NCBI GenBank assembly: GCA_035063585.1
Contig: JAPSGB010000021.1
Span: forward strand, 18,696-82,695
DNA length: 64,000 nt
Origin: Polyangiaceae bacterium
GTDB lineage: Bacteria; Myxococcota_A; Polyangia; Polyangiales; Polyangiaceae
Direction: 5' to 3'
Positions within the stretch are counted from its first letter, which is position 1. Each line of letters opens with the position of its first letter. The position numbers were made by a program, and so were the translations under genes. Of the stretch, positions 19,211 through 28,804 are shown piece after piece. A model generated the notes under the pieces. That model saw only the letters and a list, made by a program, of their open reading frames with translations, was not told the origin of the DNA and ran no database searches.

Positions 19211-19362
19211 CGTGCCGTCACTCGCAGCTCGGGAGCAACTGCTGGCTCCCCCGCGCGCAGTGACGAGGCGCCGTCGGTCTGGCGACTCCCGATGACGCGC
19301 CGAGCGGCTGACCGTCGTATGACGACCTGCCCCGACCCGCTCATGCGTCGCTCACGACCCGC

Positions 19363-20991
19363 TCACGGCGCGGGGACACCGTGCCAGAGCGTCGAGGTGT
19401 CGTCGAGCGGCTCTTCCGCCGCGAGCACCCCGGTCGGGGCTGCCCACGCCGGTCCGAGCGCGTGCAGCGCGCCTGCCTCGAACTCGGCCCGAACCGCTCC
19501 GGTCGCCACGTCGTAGATACGCAGCGTACTGCGGCCGTCCGACCCATCGACCTGCGCCGCGAACGACCGCTCGTCGATCGCGAACAGCTTCGCGCTCCCG
19601 CGCTCATCGCCCGCGAGGATCGTGGAAGAGCCGTCGGGCGCGACCTTGACGATGGCGCCGACGAGCCCGAGCTCGTCGCTGCTGGCCACGGCCGCGGGGG
19701 GCGATGAAGGGTAGCGCACCACGGCGAGCACCGCGGAGCCGTCACCCGGAAAGATCGACTCGTTCACGGAGGTACAGGCCGCGACCCGCGAGCTCTCCGC
19801 GCCGTCGTCGTCTCGGAGCACGAGGTCGCCGTACTCGGCTCCACCCCATGTGCCCGCGCCGTCCGAGACCTTCACCTCGTGGGCGGGCTCGAGCACGGCC
19901 GAGCGCCGCCCCGACGGCCAGGCGACGACCGACGACGACGGGGTCGCGGTGGTGAGCCACGTCGACTCGGACGCCTGCCCCGCGTGACCGAGCGTGACGC
20001 GCGTCCCGGCCCGGTCGCTGCGCGACAGCACGAGCGTCCCGTTCTCCTGGAGGCGTACCAGGCTCGCGTCGTCTCGCGCGACGTACGCGCCCGTCTTGGT
20101 GTCGATGCTATTGCCGCGCGCGTCCACGAGGCTGTTCGCGCGCTGTTCGTCAAACGCGAATGCGTACGCGAGCGGGGCATGTCCGGCGCCGCCGTGGTCG
20201 AGCACCTCCCCGGTGTGGGCGTCGAGGATGTCGAAGCCGTCCCCTTCGGGACACGCCGTGTCGCCGCACGCCGTCCACGTTACGGCCGCGTAGAGCGCGA
20301 CGCTGCCATCGCGGCTCATGGCCAGGTCGTCGTCGCGCCACGGGCCCGTGCTCTTCCACCCCGGGTTCGAGCGAAACTCGACCGCCGCGGGCACGGCGGC
20401 CTCGCGGACCAGATCGACGAAGGTGAGCGCGCCGCCCTGGTCGTCGAGCATCATGACGATATCGCCGTAGCTCGCGTGCTCGCGGTAAAGTAGCCCGCTC
20501 GTGCCGGGGATCGGCGCGCCGACGTGACCGTCCTCGACGAGGCGGACGCCGTCGTCCACCACGAAGACGAGAGGGGTATTCGTCGCCGGATCGAGCCCGA
20601 AGCGCGCCTGCTCGGGCACCGCCAGCTCGGTCCCGAGCGTCAGGTCGCGGAGCCAGCGCTCCTCGCCGCGGCGAAATGCGGCGTAGGTGCCGGTCGCGTC
20701 GAAGCCGCCGAACGCGCCTTGGGACGCGAGCTCGACGCTCTCGCCCGCGGCGGTGCGGAGCCAGACGGAGCCATCCGGCTTCTCATACGCGAGATCGCCG
20801 CAAGGCCCGAGCTGCGCGCTCCCTCGGCGCACGTCATCGATGGCGACGAGCGGCGCGCTCGGCGTGCGCGCGCACGCGGGGGCCGTCGTCGGCGTCACGA
20901 CACCGTCGTCCGTCGCGTCAGTGAGCGCGCCGCCGCACGCGGAGACCAACAGGGGGAGGAGCAGCGAGAGACGCAGCCGCATGGGGGCCAT
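19363..20991 (-). CDS. Hypothetical lipoprotein (probable beta-propeller)
   Basis: Lipobox LVSAC; repeated short beta-strand/DG turns; high GC3 codon pattern. Confidence 0.65.
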   Translation of the reverse strand: MAPMRLRLSLLLPLLVSACGGALTDATDDGVVTPTTAPACARTPSAPLVAIDDVRRGSAQLGPCGDLAYEKPDGSVWLRTAAGESVELASQGAFGGFDATGTYAAFRRGEERWLRDLTLGTELAVPEQARFGLDPATNTPLVFVVDDGVRLVEDGHVGAPIPGTSGLLYREHASYGDIVMMLDDQGGALTFVDLVREAAVPAAVEFRSNPGWKSTGPWRDDDLAMSRDGSVALYAAVTWTACGDTACPEGDGFDILDAHTGEVLDHGGAGHAPLAYAFAFDEQRANSLVDARGNSIDTKTGAYVARDDASLVRLQENGTLVLSRSDRAGTRVTLGHAGQASESTWLTTATPSSSVVAWPSGRRSAVLEPAHEVKVSDGAGTWGGAEYGDLVLRDDDGAESSRVAACTSVNESIFPGDGSAVLAVVRYPSSPPAAVASSDELGLVGAIVKVAPDGSSTILAGDERGSAKLFAIDERSFAAQVDGSDGRSTLRIYDVATGAVRAEFEAGALHALGPAWAAPTGVLAAEEPLDDTSTLWHGVPAP

Positions 20992-21250
20992 CGACGCAAT
21001 AATCGCGCCATCGCATCCGGCCGATATCATCGTGCGCGGCGAACGCCGACTTGTGCCAGCGCGTGGCACATAGCTGTCCGCTGCGTCACGAGGACGCCCA
21101 GCGCCAGCCCCCACCACGATGGGCTCCTCGAGGGCGAGCTCGGGCGGGGTGTCGTCCCCGAGGCCCGGAGTCGCGGCTTGGGCCGTGCGCCTGCGAGAGC
21201 TTCTCGACGCGCGCGGCGGTGCGTGAGGTGAACTCCGCTACACTTCGCGG

Positions 21251-21838
21251 GTGCTCATCGGCGCTCAGCACTTGGTCGATCGGCTCCGTCACGAGCGGCA
21301 GCGCGCAGCCGAGCTCCTCGAGCTCCGTCGTCGTCTCGCCGCGCTCCCGGGCCCGGGCGAGGTGAGCGGCGAGCTCATGGCCCTGGCGCGCGAGCTCCGC
21401 GAGCGCCGCGAGCGCCTGGCCCTGGCGCTCGGTGCGGTCGAGGCGTGCTCGAGCTGCGCCGTTGGCCACCCACTTCCCTTTGGCAAATGGTCTGGAGGGC
21501 ACTGCTGCGGCGGGACGACGGATCGCTATTTCTCCGATGATGAGCTCCACGCGCTCGCGCTCGCGGGAACGACCGCGGCTCGGCTCCGTGCGCCCCGCGG
21601 CGAGCAGGCCGGCTGCGCCTTCCGCGGTCCCGAAGGCTGTTCGCTCTCCGCGCGCGATCGGCCGAACCTGTGCACGAGGTTTCTGTGTCGCGAGCTCGAG
21701 CGCGAGCTCGCCCGGCGCGGGGCGCTCGCCGTCATCGCTCCGCTCCAAGAGGCCATTCGCGTCACCTTCGAACGCTTCGTCGAGTTGCGCGAGCGAGCGG
21801 CCGAGGACGAGCTCTTCGGCCCGGAAGCGGGGCCGTGA
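21251..21838 (+). CDS. Cys-cluster protein, YkgJ/CxxCxxCC-like (putative Zn or Fe-S binding)
   Basis: CSSC...HCC...CAF...GCSL...RPNLCTRFLC. Confidence 0.7.
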   Translation: MLIGAQHLVDRLRHERQRAAELLELRRRLAALPGPGEVSGELMALARELRERRERLALALGAVEACSSCAVGHPLPFGKWSGGHCCGGTTDRYFSDDELHALALAGTTAARLRAPRGEQAGCAFRGPEGCSLSARDRPNLCTRFLCRELERELARRGALAVIAPLQEAIRVTFERFVELRERAAEDELFGPEAGP

Positions 21839-21852
21839 TGGGGTCGGCCGGC

Positions 21853-22812
21853 TCAGTCGCAGCGCGGGGGAGGCTTCGACTGCGCCACGGCCATTTGGCG
21901 ATTTACCGCGCACCTCGTCGCCCTCGCGAGAAAATCCACCGCCGGGACGCGCACCCGATAGCGCATCGACCACTTGTGCCCATTCAGCTCCACCGCCTCC
22001 TGCACGTGGCCGGCGAGGTAGGCGTCGAGCGCCGGCAGGTACTTCCCGCTGACGACGTGCTTGACGACGCCGCTCTTTGGCGGGCGGAGCGTGCTCGCTG
22101 GCGTCGGCACGCCGCTCGGCCACGGCTTCGCGCCGCGCGCGTGCTCGAAACCCCAGAGCATGATCTCGAGCTCTTGCGGGATCCACGGCGACGCGCCCGG
22201 GGGTTCGAGCTCTAGGAGCTCCAGGTACCCCGCGACGAAGCCCGGCGGCGGCGGCTCGAGCTGAAGCTGCTCACCGTGCGACGCCTTGCCCGTCCGCGAG
22301 AGCCCGTAGCAGCTCGCTTCGCGCCAGCCGTCCGTCCCGCGCACCAGGAGCTCGACCCTGCGCTGGTCAGTGACACCGGTGACGGTGGTCGACGCCGGTG
22401 ACTTCGCGAGCCCTTCGTCGACTCGCGCCGCGAGCGCGAGGGCGGCGGCGCGCGTGAGGCGCCCCTGGACGCGCGAGAGCGTCTTACCCTGCACCGACTG
22501 CTTGATGACGAGCCCGCTCTCATACACGACCACCGTCGGTACGTCCGAGCCGATCACCGCGAGCCAGGGATCTCGCTCCCAGAGCGCGATGAGCGGCTTC
22601 TCGGCGAGCCCATCGAGCCCCGGGACGTCAAACGGAGTCATGGGAGCTCGCTTCGGTCTGGGGTTGGGGGTGGGCGCGTCGCGGCCGGCGACCGGGGCGC
22701 TCGCGCCGGGCTGCGCGGTCGAGCTCGCGCCGAGGCTCGACGCGCGCGACCCGCCACGGCAACCCGCGAGCGCCACGATGAGCGCGAGCGCGCTCGAGAC
22801 CTCCCTCTTCAT
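21853..22812 (-). CDS. Hypothetical lipoprotein
   Basis: Lipobox LAGC; no recognised family. Confidence 0.65.
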   Translation of the reverse strand: MKREVSSALALIVALAGCRGGSRASSLGASSTAQPGASAPVAGRDAPTPNPRPKRAPMTPFDVPGLDGLAEKPLIALWERDPWLAVIGSDVPTVVVYESGLVIKQSVQGKTLSRVQGRLTRAAALALAARVDEGLAKSPASTTVTGVTDQRRVELLVRGTDGWREASCYGLSRTGKASHGEQLQLEPPPPGFVAGYLELLELEPPGASPWIPQELEIMLWGFEHARGAKPWPSGVPTPASTLRPPKSGVVKHVVSGKYLPALDAYLAGHVQEAVELNGHKWSMRYRVRVPAVDFLARATRCAVNRQMAVAQSKPPPRCD

Positions 22813-22861
22813 GCAGGGGAGTATAGCTCGCGCGCATGAGGAGTGAAGCGCGCCGGCGAGC

Positions 22862-24040
22862 TCAGCCGGTGCGCGGCTCGATGGCGGCCGCGCCGCCGCT
22901 CTCGAGCCAGCGCGTCACCGCGAGCGCGCCTGCGAGCCGCTCGCGCGCGCGCCCGGAAATCGGAAGCTCCGGGAGCGCGAGCCGCTCGCGCCGGACGACG
23001 TCCTCGAGCGCGCCGCACGCCCCACGCGTGAGGCCCGTATAGACGCCCTTCAAGAGCAAGGTGCTCTCGGCCACGAGCTCGGCCGAGGCGAGCAGATCGA
23101 TGGTGCTCTGGTTCCAGGCGGCCACGATCGGGCGCGCTCCGGCGAACTCCCGCCAGTCCGCGCGCACCGCCTCGAGCGAGCGGCCGCGCGAGAGCTTGGC
23201 GGCGTCGAGCCCCATCATCGCGAGGTGGTGCGGGTCGAGCGGGCTCGCGGGCGCGACCAGCGCCTCGAAGTGCGCGCCGTCATGCGCGCGCACGGCGGAC
23301 CACGTCACGAGATCGCGGTGGCGTGAGTCACGCGTCCGCGAGCCGCCGGACTCACCGTAGGCGACCACCAGGTTCGGCGAGCCGCTCGTGAGCGCACGTG
23401 GGATGGCGCGCACGGGCCGGCGCCGCGCCAGCACGCGCGGGCGTCCACCGCGCGCGCGAATGAAGGCCAGTTGGTCGTCGATCATGGACTCGAAGGCGGC
23501 GAGCAGCCCGGCGACGCCGGGGGTCTCGGGCTCGAGCGCTGCGAGCGCGCCGGCGACCGCTTCGATGGTGGAGACGAAGCCCGGATCCGGTTCGCGCCGG
23601 ATGCGATAACGGCTCGGGGCCGCAGGCGTGTACCGGAAGCGCGGGAGCGCGTGGAGCCAGCGCTCGTCGCGGAGCATGGTGCGCGCGTGGTGCCAGGTCC
23701 CGTCGATGACGACCAGCGCGGGCGGACGCTCGCTCTCCCCGAGCGTCTCGAGGCTCCGCGCATCGCGCGACGGATAGAGGAGCCCCGTGCCGTGTGGCAG
23801 CTCGAACGGCGCTCGCTCGCCCGACCGCTCCGTGAAGGCGAGCTCGCACTCGACCCGGGCGAGCCCGAGGCGGGCGAAGCGGACCGTGCCGATCGGGTGA
23901 AAGCGCTCGCGTGGGTGCTGTAAGATGAAGATTCGCGTGCGGTTGTCGACGCGCGGCGTCCGCGCGCACACGCAGAGCGCGGCGGGCTTGAAGCATTCAT
24001 AGCAGGTGGCGCGAGCGTCGAGCACGACGCCCGGGAGCAT
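22862..24040 (-). CDS. DTW-domain tRNA-uridine aminocarboxypropyltransferase (TapT-like) with extra C-terminal domain
   Basis: CYEC...CVC, LQHPRE, LLYP, IDGTW, YRIRREP, STIEA; about 170-aa extension. Confidence 0.85.
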   Translation of the reverse strand: MLPGVVLDARATCYECFKPAALCVCARTPRVDNRTRIFILQHPRERFHPIGTVRFARLGLARVECELAFTERSGERAPFELPHGTGLLYPSRDARSLETLGESERPPALVVIDGTWHHARTMLRDERWLHALPRFRYTPAAPSRYRIRREPDPGFVSTIEAVAGALAALEPETPGVAGLLAAFESMIDDQLAFIRARGGRPRVLARRRPVRAIPRALTSGSPNLVVAYGESGGSRTRDSRHRDLVTWSAVRAHDGAHFEALVAPASPLDPHHLAMMGLDAAKLSRGRSLEAVRADWREFAGARPIVAAWNQSTIDLLASAELVAESTLLLKGVYTGLTRGACGALEDVVRRERLALPELPISGRARERLAGALAVTRWLESGGAAAIEPRTG

Positions 24041-24113
24041 AGCGCGTCCGGCGAGAGCGGAAGGCTCTGCGAAGAGTGGACGAACGCCGGGGAAAAGCGG
24101 AAGATTCACCGGC

Positions 24114-24908
24114 ATGTGCGAGCTCCTCGGTATGGAGTGTAACGTCCCGACCGACATCGCGTTCTCGTTCACTGGGCTGCGCCGCCGCGGCGGGCTCACC
24201 GGCCCGCACGGCGATGGTTGGGGGCTCGCGCTCTACGAGGGGCGCGACGTGAGCGTGTTCCGGGAGCCCCGCGCCGCGGCGAACAGTCGGCTCGCCAAGT
24301 TCCTCACCGATCATCCCACCAAGACGCTGCTCGCGGTCGGTCACGTTCGCCAGCGCACGCGCGGCGCGACCAGCCTCGCGAATACCCACCCCTTTACCCG
24401 CGAGCTCTGGGGAAGGCGTTGGGTGTTCGCTCACAACGGCACGCTGCGGCGGGTTCGTCGCCGGCCGCTCGGGCGCTTCGAGCCGCTCGGTACCACCGAC
24501 AGCGAGCACGCGTTCTGCCACTTGATGAGCGAGCTCGAGCGCTGGTTCTCCTCGTACCCGCGCAAGCCGAGCGAGCTCTGGGCGGCGGTCGCCGAGCTTG
24601 GCGCCAAGCTCGGTGAGGACGGCACCTTCAACTTCCTCCTCGGGGATGGCAGCCACCTCTACGCGCGCTGCGGCACCCGGCTCAGCCACATCATCCGCGA
24701 AGCTCCCTTCGGCCCCGCGCAGCTACGCGACGCCAAAGTCCAGGTGAATTTCGCGGAAGTGACCACGGCGCGAGACCGAGTCGCGGTGGTGGCGACCGCC
24801 CCGCTCACGACCAACGAGCGCTGGGTGCTCGCAGAGCGCGGAGAGCTTCGAGTGTTTCGGCGCGGGCGGCTCGCGGCGGTCTTCGAGGGCGCGCGCCGCC
24901 GCGCATGA
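24114..24908 (+). CDS. Class II glutamine amidotransferase, YafJ-like
   Basis: MCELLGM (N-terminal Cys), HGDGWG, NTHPF, FAHNG, GTTDSE. Confidence 0.9.
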   Translation: MCELLGMECNVPTDIAFSFTGLRRRGGLTGPHGDGWGLALYEGRDVSVFREPRAAANSRLAKFLTDHPTKTLLAVGHVRQRTRGATSLANTHPFTRELWGRRWVFAHNGTLRRVRRRPLGRFEPLGTTDSEHAFCHLMSELERWFSSYPRKPSELWAAVAELGAKLGEDGTFNFLLGDGSHLYARCGTRLSHIIREAPFGPAQLRDAKVQVNFAEVTTARDRVAVVATAPLTTNERWVLAERGELRVFRRGRLAAVFEGARRRA

Positions 24909-24918
24909 TGCGGCGCGC

Positions 24919-25191
24919 TCAGCGAAAGCGACCGGCGCGCACGAGCTGCTCGACGGCGTCCTTGGCTTCCTTGAGCCCGACTCCGTGGACGATCCGGTAG
25001 CGTTTCATGGCCCCCAGCTGGTCGCCCCGCCGAAGCAGCGCCGCGAGCTCGGCATCGACACCCCCGGCGGACGAGCCAGCGTCAACGGCGCCCCCCGCCG
25101 AAGGGCTCGAGAACGCGGTGCCGCAGAAGCCACAGCCGCTCGCCCCGACCGCGATGGGAGCGCCGCAATGGGAACAAATCAAGGAGGGCAT
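24919..25191 (-). CDS. Small zinc-ribbon protein with L7/L12 C-terminal-like motif
   Basis: CSHCGA...CGFCG; AMKRYR...GLKEAKDAVE. Confidence 0.75.
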   Translation of the reverse strand: MPSLICSHCGAPIAVGASGCGFCGTAFSSPSAGGAVDAGSSAGGVDAELAALLRRGDQLGAMKRYRIVHGVGLKEAKDAVEQLVRAGRFR

Positions 25192-25248
25192 CGACGGGAA
25201 ACTTAGTCGGTGAGCGGCGGGAGTCCAGGCGCCCTCCGCGCGGGCGCG

Positions 25249-26331
25249 TCACAAGAGCTCTCCTGCCGGCTCGACGCGCAAGTCGACCGGGCCGTCGAGC
25301 GGAGGGCGCTGCATCTTGCCGAGCGGCGCGACGCGAGCGCGTGGCAAGAACGCGGCGACCCGCTCCGCCGGCCACGCCGCGCCAAAAATCCCCACGCAGG
25401 TGACTCTCGAGCCGAGGGGAGCCAGCGCGCCCGCGGGATCCGCGACGCGCATCACCTGTACGTTGCGCCCGACCGGCGGCACCGCGAGCGGGCCGCCCTC
25501 GAGATCGAGCCCGACCGAGCCCTTGCCCGCGGGGGTCAGCTGCCTCGCGTAGAGCATGGCGTCGCGGTATCGCGTCTGCTCAGCGAGCTCTTCGCTCGTG
25601 AGCTCACCGCGCGGGACGTCATGCTCGAGTCGAGCCAGCTCCCTTGCGAGCGACTCGGCGAAGGCGCGCGCGGCCGGCTCGCTCCCGGTGACCAGCGCGA
25701 CCCGCGGGCTCAGGCATCCCCGCTGATCGAACGCGATCACGTCTTCGGCGAGGAGGCGCGCGGCGAGCGCGAGCTTGGACGTGCCCTCGTCGGTGTCGAT
25801 GAGGGCGACGCCGAGCCCCGCGCCGTGCGCGTGTAAGACGGCGCCCGCGGGGAGCTCCCCGCGCACGCGTTCGAGCGTTCGATCCGTGCCGTAGGCCCAG
25901 ACGTGGTCGCCCGGCGAGGGTGTGAGCTCCTCGACCAGCCGGAACGCCCCGCGGCTGCCGTCGCAGAGGAGTCGAGCCATCGCCGGCTCGCGGCGTGACG
26001 CGCGCACCTCGACCCGCGGCGAGGAGGCGAGGGCGAGCGCGATGGCCCGGTGAGCCGCGACGAACACGTTGGCGGACAAGAGCACGTGCACGCGGGGCGC
26101 CGGCGGCGCGGCCTCGCAGAGTCGGCGGAGCTCGCTCCAGGTGGGGCGCGTCTCGAGGCAGCGCGTGAGCGCGAACTCCACGCCCTCACGACTGAGCCCG
26201 GTCGCTCCCGGCAACGCCTCCCGTGCGCTCCGACCGAGCACATCCGACGGGTCGGCGACTCTCCGCGCCGCCTCGACCAGCCGCTCGACGCGCGCGAGCC
26301 GAGCGCTCAGCGGCTCGAGCCCGTCACCCAT
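25249..26331 (-). CDS. Acyl-CoA/acyl-protein reductase, LuxC-like
   Basis: LSANV, AYGTDRTL, HGAGLGV, catalytic-Cys motif FDQRGCLSP, LGKMQRPP..DG. Confidence 0.8.
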   Translation of the reverse strand: MGDGLEPLSARLARVERLVEAARRVADPSDVLGRSAREALPGATGLSREGVEFALTRCLETRPTWSELRRLCEAAPPAPRVHVLLSANVFVAAHRAIALALASSPRVEVRASRREPAMARLLCDGSRGAFRLVEELTPSPGDHVWAYGTDRTLERVRGELPAGAVLHAHGAGLGVALIDTDEGTSKLALAARLLAEDVIAFDQRGCLSPRVALVTGSEPAARAFAESLARELARLEHDVPRGELTSEELAEQTRYRDAMLYARQLTPAGKGSVGLDLEGGPLAVPPVGRNVQVMRVADPAGALAPLGSRVTCVGIFGAAWPAERVAAFLPRARVAPLGKMQRPPLDGPVDLRVEPAGELL

Positions 26332-27442
26332 GGCCTGCGACCAGCGCCTCGATGGCGAGCGAGCAGCCGCGCGCCGGGGCGCCCGGGCGCCGCCCGAGGA
26401 GCTCGATTCCCCGCTCGCGTCGGCGCACGAGATCTTGGACCACGATGGCGACCGCCGAGTCCACGTTGCCGAGATCGATGAAGCGCGCGAGCCCCTCCGA
26501 GCCTTCGGGGACCGGCTTCAAGGTCACCGGATCTACCGGCTCCACGCGGAGCCATGCCGGCGGCTCGTAGAGCCCGTGCTCGACCTCGTAGAGCTGGCTG
26601 GTGAGTTCGGTCATCCCGTACTCACCGATGACGCGATCCTCGGTGACGCGAAATGCGCGCGCCACCGCGCGGCGGAGCTTGGCGGGGGACACCTCACGCC
26701 TACGGCCCTTGAAGCCGCCGGTGTTCATGATGGTGGTGCGCCGCGGAGCGGGGATGCGCGCGCCCTGCAGCGCGTCGAGCATCAAGACGAGCGAGAGCGA
26801 GGTGCCGAGCACGAGCAGCGGTTCCTGGCGCTCGTTCGCGATGAGCGCCGCTCGGCGGAGCCCGCTCACGTCGACGCCGCTCGAGCTGGCGAGCCATCTC
26901 CCCGTCGCGTTCGCGTCGAAGCACGCCCCCGCCGGATCCACCGTGAGCGCGCGGCCGTCCAGGTCCTCCATGAACGCGCGCATCATGAAGCCGAGTGATG
27001 AGGTCACCGATTCGCCGGGAGGCGGCGCGAGCGCGACGACCACCCGGCGCGCGGCACCGTCCTCGGTGAGCGCGCGAGCGCCGCTGCGGAGCGCGAGCTC
27101 ACGGTAGGTATCGGTGACGCGCATCGCGTGGACGCCGCGCGCGTCGCTGGTCGTCCCGCTGGTGACGAAGCGGACCGCGTCGAGCCCGGGGGGGTGCACC
27201 GCGACGCGTGCGAGCCGGAAGGTATCGCTCGGGACCGCGGGGATCGACGCCACGCGATCGAGCCCGGCGCTGCGCGCGTCCACCAAGCGCCGGAAGCCGG
27301 GGGAGTAGCGCGCTTGGAAGCGCGCGAGCTCGACGGCGAGGACCTCGAAGCTCTCGGACTCCGAGGCCTCGCCGCGCGCGAAGGCGCGCACGCGGGCGTG
27401 GAGGGCGTCGCTTTCGCTGATGAGAGCGTCCGTGTCGCTCAT
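26324..27442 (-). CDS. Acyl-protein synthetase, LuxE-like
   Basis: FVTSGTT, NTGGFKG, EYGMTELTSQLY, IDLGN, QDL, C-terminal RGCS. Confidence 0.85.
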   Translation of the reverse strand: MSDTDALISESDALHARVRAFARGEASESESFEVLAVELARFQARYSPGFRRLVDARSAGLDRVASIPAVPSDTFRLARVAVHPPGLDAVRFVTSGTTSDARGVHAMRVTDTYRELALRSGARALTEDGAARRVVVALAPPPGESVTSSLGFMMRAFMEDLDGRALTVDPAGACFDANATGRWLASSSGVDVSGLRRAALIANERQEPLLVLGTSLSLVLMLDALQGARIPAPRRTTIMNTGGFKGRRREVSPAKLRRAVARAFRVTEDRVIGEYGMTELTSQLYEVEHGLYEPPAWLRVEPVDPVTLKPVPEGSEGLARFIDLGNVDSAVAIVVQDLVRRRERGIELLGRRPGAPARGCSLAIEALVAGHG

Positions 27443-28803
27443 CGAGGGGAGGCGTCTAGCACGGATCGAAGCTCCGTGACGAACGCGCTCAGCAGACTCT
27501 CCGCGATGACGAGCGGCGGCGTCAGTATCAGCGCTTCGCGCTGTCCGCCGCCGGTCGAGACGATGAACCCTCGCTCGAGCAACGCGCGCATGAGCGCGAC
27601 CGCGGCCCCTGGCCGAGCTCCGAGGTCGAGCGCGAGCATCAGACCCGCGCCGCGGATTTCGCGCACGCCGGGCAGCTCCTTCGCCTCGAGCTCACGCTTG
27701 AACCAGTCGCCCACCCTCGCGGCGCGCTCCGGTAAGCGCTCGCGCGAGAGGACGTCGAGCGTCGCGAGCGCCGTGGTGCACGCGAGCGGTGCGCCCGCGA
27801 AGGTCGAGGTGTGCACCACCTCCGCGTCTCGGCTCCACGCGCGCATGACCTCGCTCGAGCCGACGCAGGCGCTCATCGGCAGCCCTCCGCCGAGCCCCTT
27901 GCCGAGGCACACGAGCTCGGGGACGAAGTCACCCTGAGTCGAGAAGAGCGATTTCCCGGCGCGCCCGAGCCCCGTCCACACCTCGTCCGCGATCATCACG
28001 GCACCGGCCGCGCGCGCGAGGCGCCCGAGCTCCGGCAAGAACTCTGCAGGGGGCACCAGGCAGCCGCCGCGGCCGAGGATCGGCTCGACCAGCACCGCTC
28101 CCACGTCGCCGCGCGCGAGCGCGAAGCGCGCGCGCTCGAGCGCTTCGTCCATGGCGGCCTCCGAGGCCGGATAGTCGACGAACGAGGCGTGCGGGTTGAG
28201 CTGCGCCGAGAACGGCTCGCGATAGCTCGGCCGCAGCCCGAGCGCCGCGAGCGGGCCGTAGGAGAGCCCGTGGTACGCGCCGGAGCAGGCGAGCACGCCC
28301 GGCCGACCGGTGGCGAGCGCCGCCGTCTTGAGCGCCGCGCTCACCGCGTCGGCGCCGGACTGCCCGAGGATGACCTGCGCGCCCGGCCGGGGATAGAGCT
28401 CGGCGAGGCGGCCGAGCAGCGCGATCCGCGCGTCTGAAGGGTAGACGTCACCGAGCGCCTGCATGAGGCGCGGCGCCTGGTGTTCGACGGCGCGGAGCAC
28501 GCGCGGGTGCCCGTGACCGAGCAGGAGCGCGCCGAAGCCTGCCGCGAGATCGACGTAGCGGTTGCCGTCCACGTCGAGCACGTTCGAGCCCTTGCCGCTC
28601 TCGTAGACGATGGCCCCCGAGGGGACTTCGGCTCGGATCCCTCGAGCTCGATCCGCGGTGATGCGCGGCCCCATGGGCGCGGCCGCGCGTGCGCTCCGGA
28701 GCAGCCACGAGCGCGACTCCGGCCCCGGCGGTCGCACGCGGATCACCGGCAGGTCATTGCCGGGATCGAGCTCGGGAGGCGGCGGGATCTCGCTATGTGC
28801 CAC
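27439..28803 (-). CDS. Class III PLP aminotransferase (ArgD/GabT family)
   Basis: DVDGNRYVD, GAYHG, EPILGRGG, DEVWTGLGR, GKGLGGG, STFAG; GTG start 28803. Confidence 0.9.
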   Translation of the reverse strand: MAHSEIPPPPELDPGNDLPVIRVRPPGPESRSWLLRSARAAAPMGPRITADRARGIRAEVPSGAIVYESGKGSNVLDVDGNRYVDLAAGFGALLLGHGHPRVLRAVEHQAPRLMQALGDVYPSDARIALLGRLAELYPRPGAQVILGQSGADAVSAALKTAALATGRPGVLACSGAYHGLSYGPLAALGLRPSYREPFSAQLNPHASFVDYPASEAAMDEALERARFALARGDVGAVLVEPILGRGGCLVPPAEFLPELGRLARAAGAVMIADEVWTGLGRAGKSLFSTQGDFVPELVCLGKGLGGGLPMSACVGSSEVMRAWSRDAEVVHTSTFAGAPLACTTALATLDVLSRERLPERAARVGDWFKRELEAKELPGVREIRGAGLMLALDLGARPGAAVALMRALLERGFIVSTGGGQREALILTPPLVIAESLLSAFVTELRSVLDASPR

Positions 28804-28804
28804 G

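Noticed and set aside
24919..25191. Ribosomal protein gene rplL
   Set aside because: Zinc ribbon replaces the dimerisation domain; not in rplJ-rpoB context
25249..27442. Bioluminescence operon
   Set aside because: No luxA/luxB/luxD/luxG in the window
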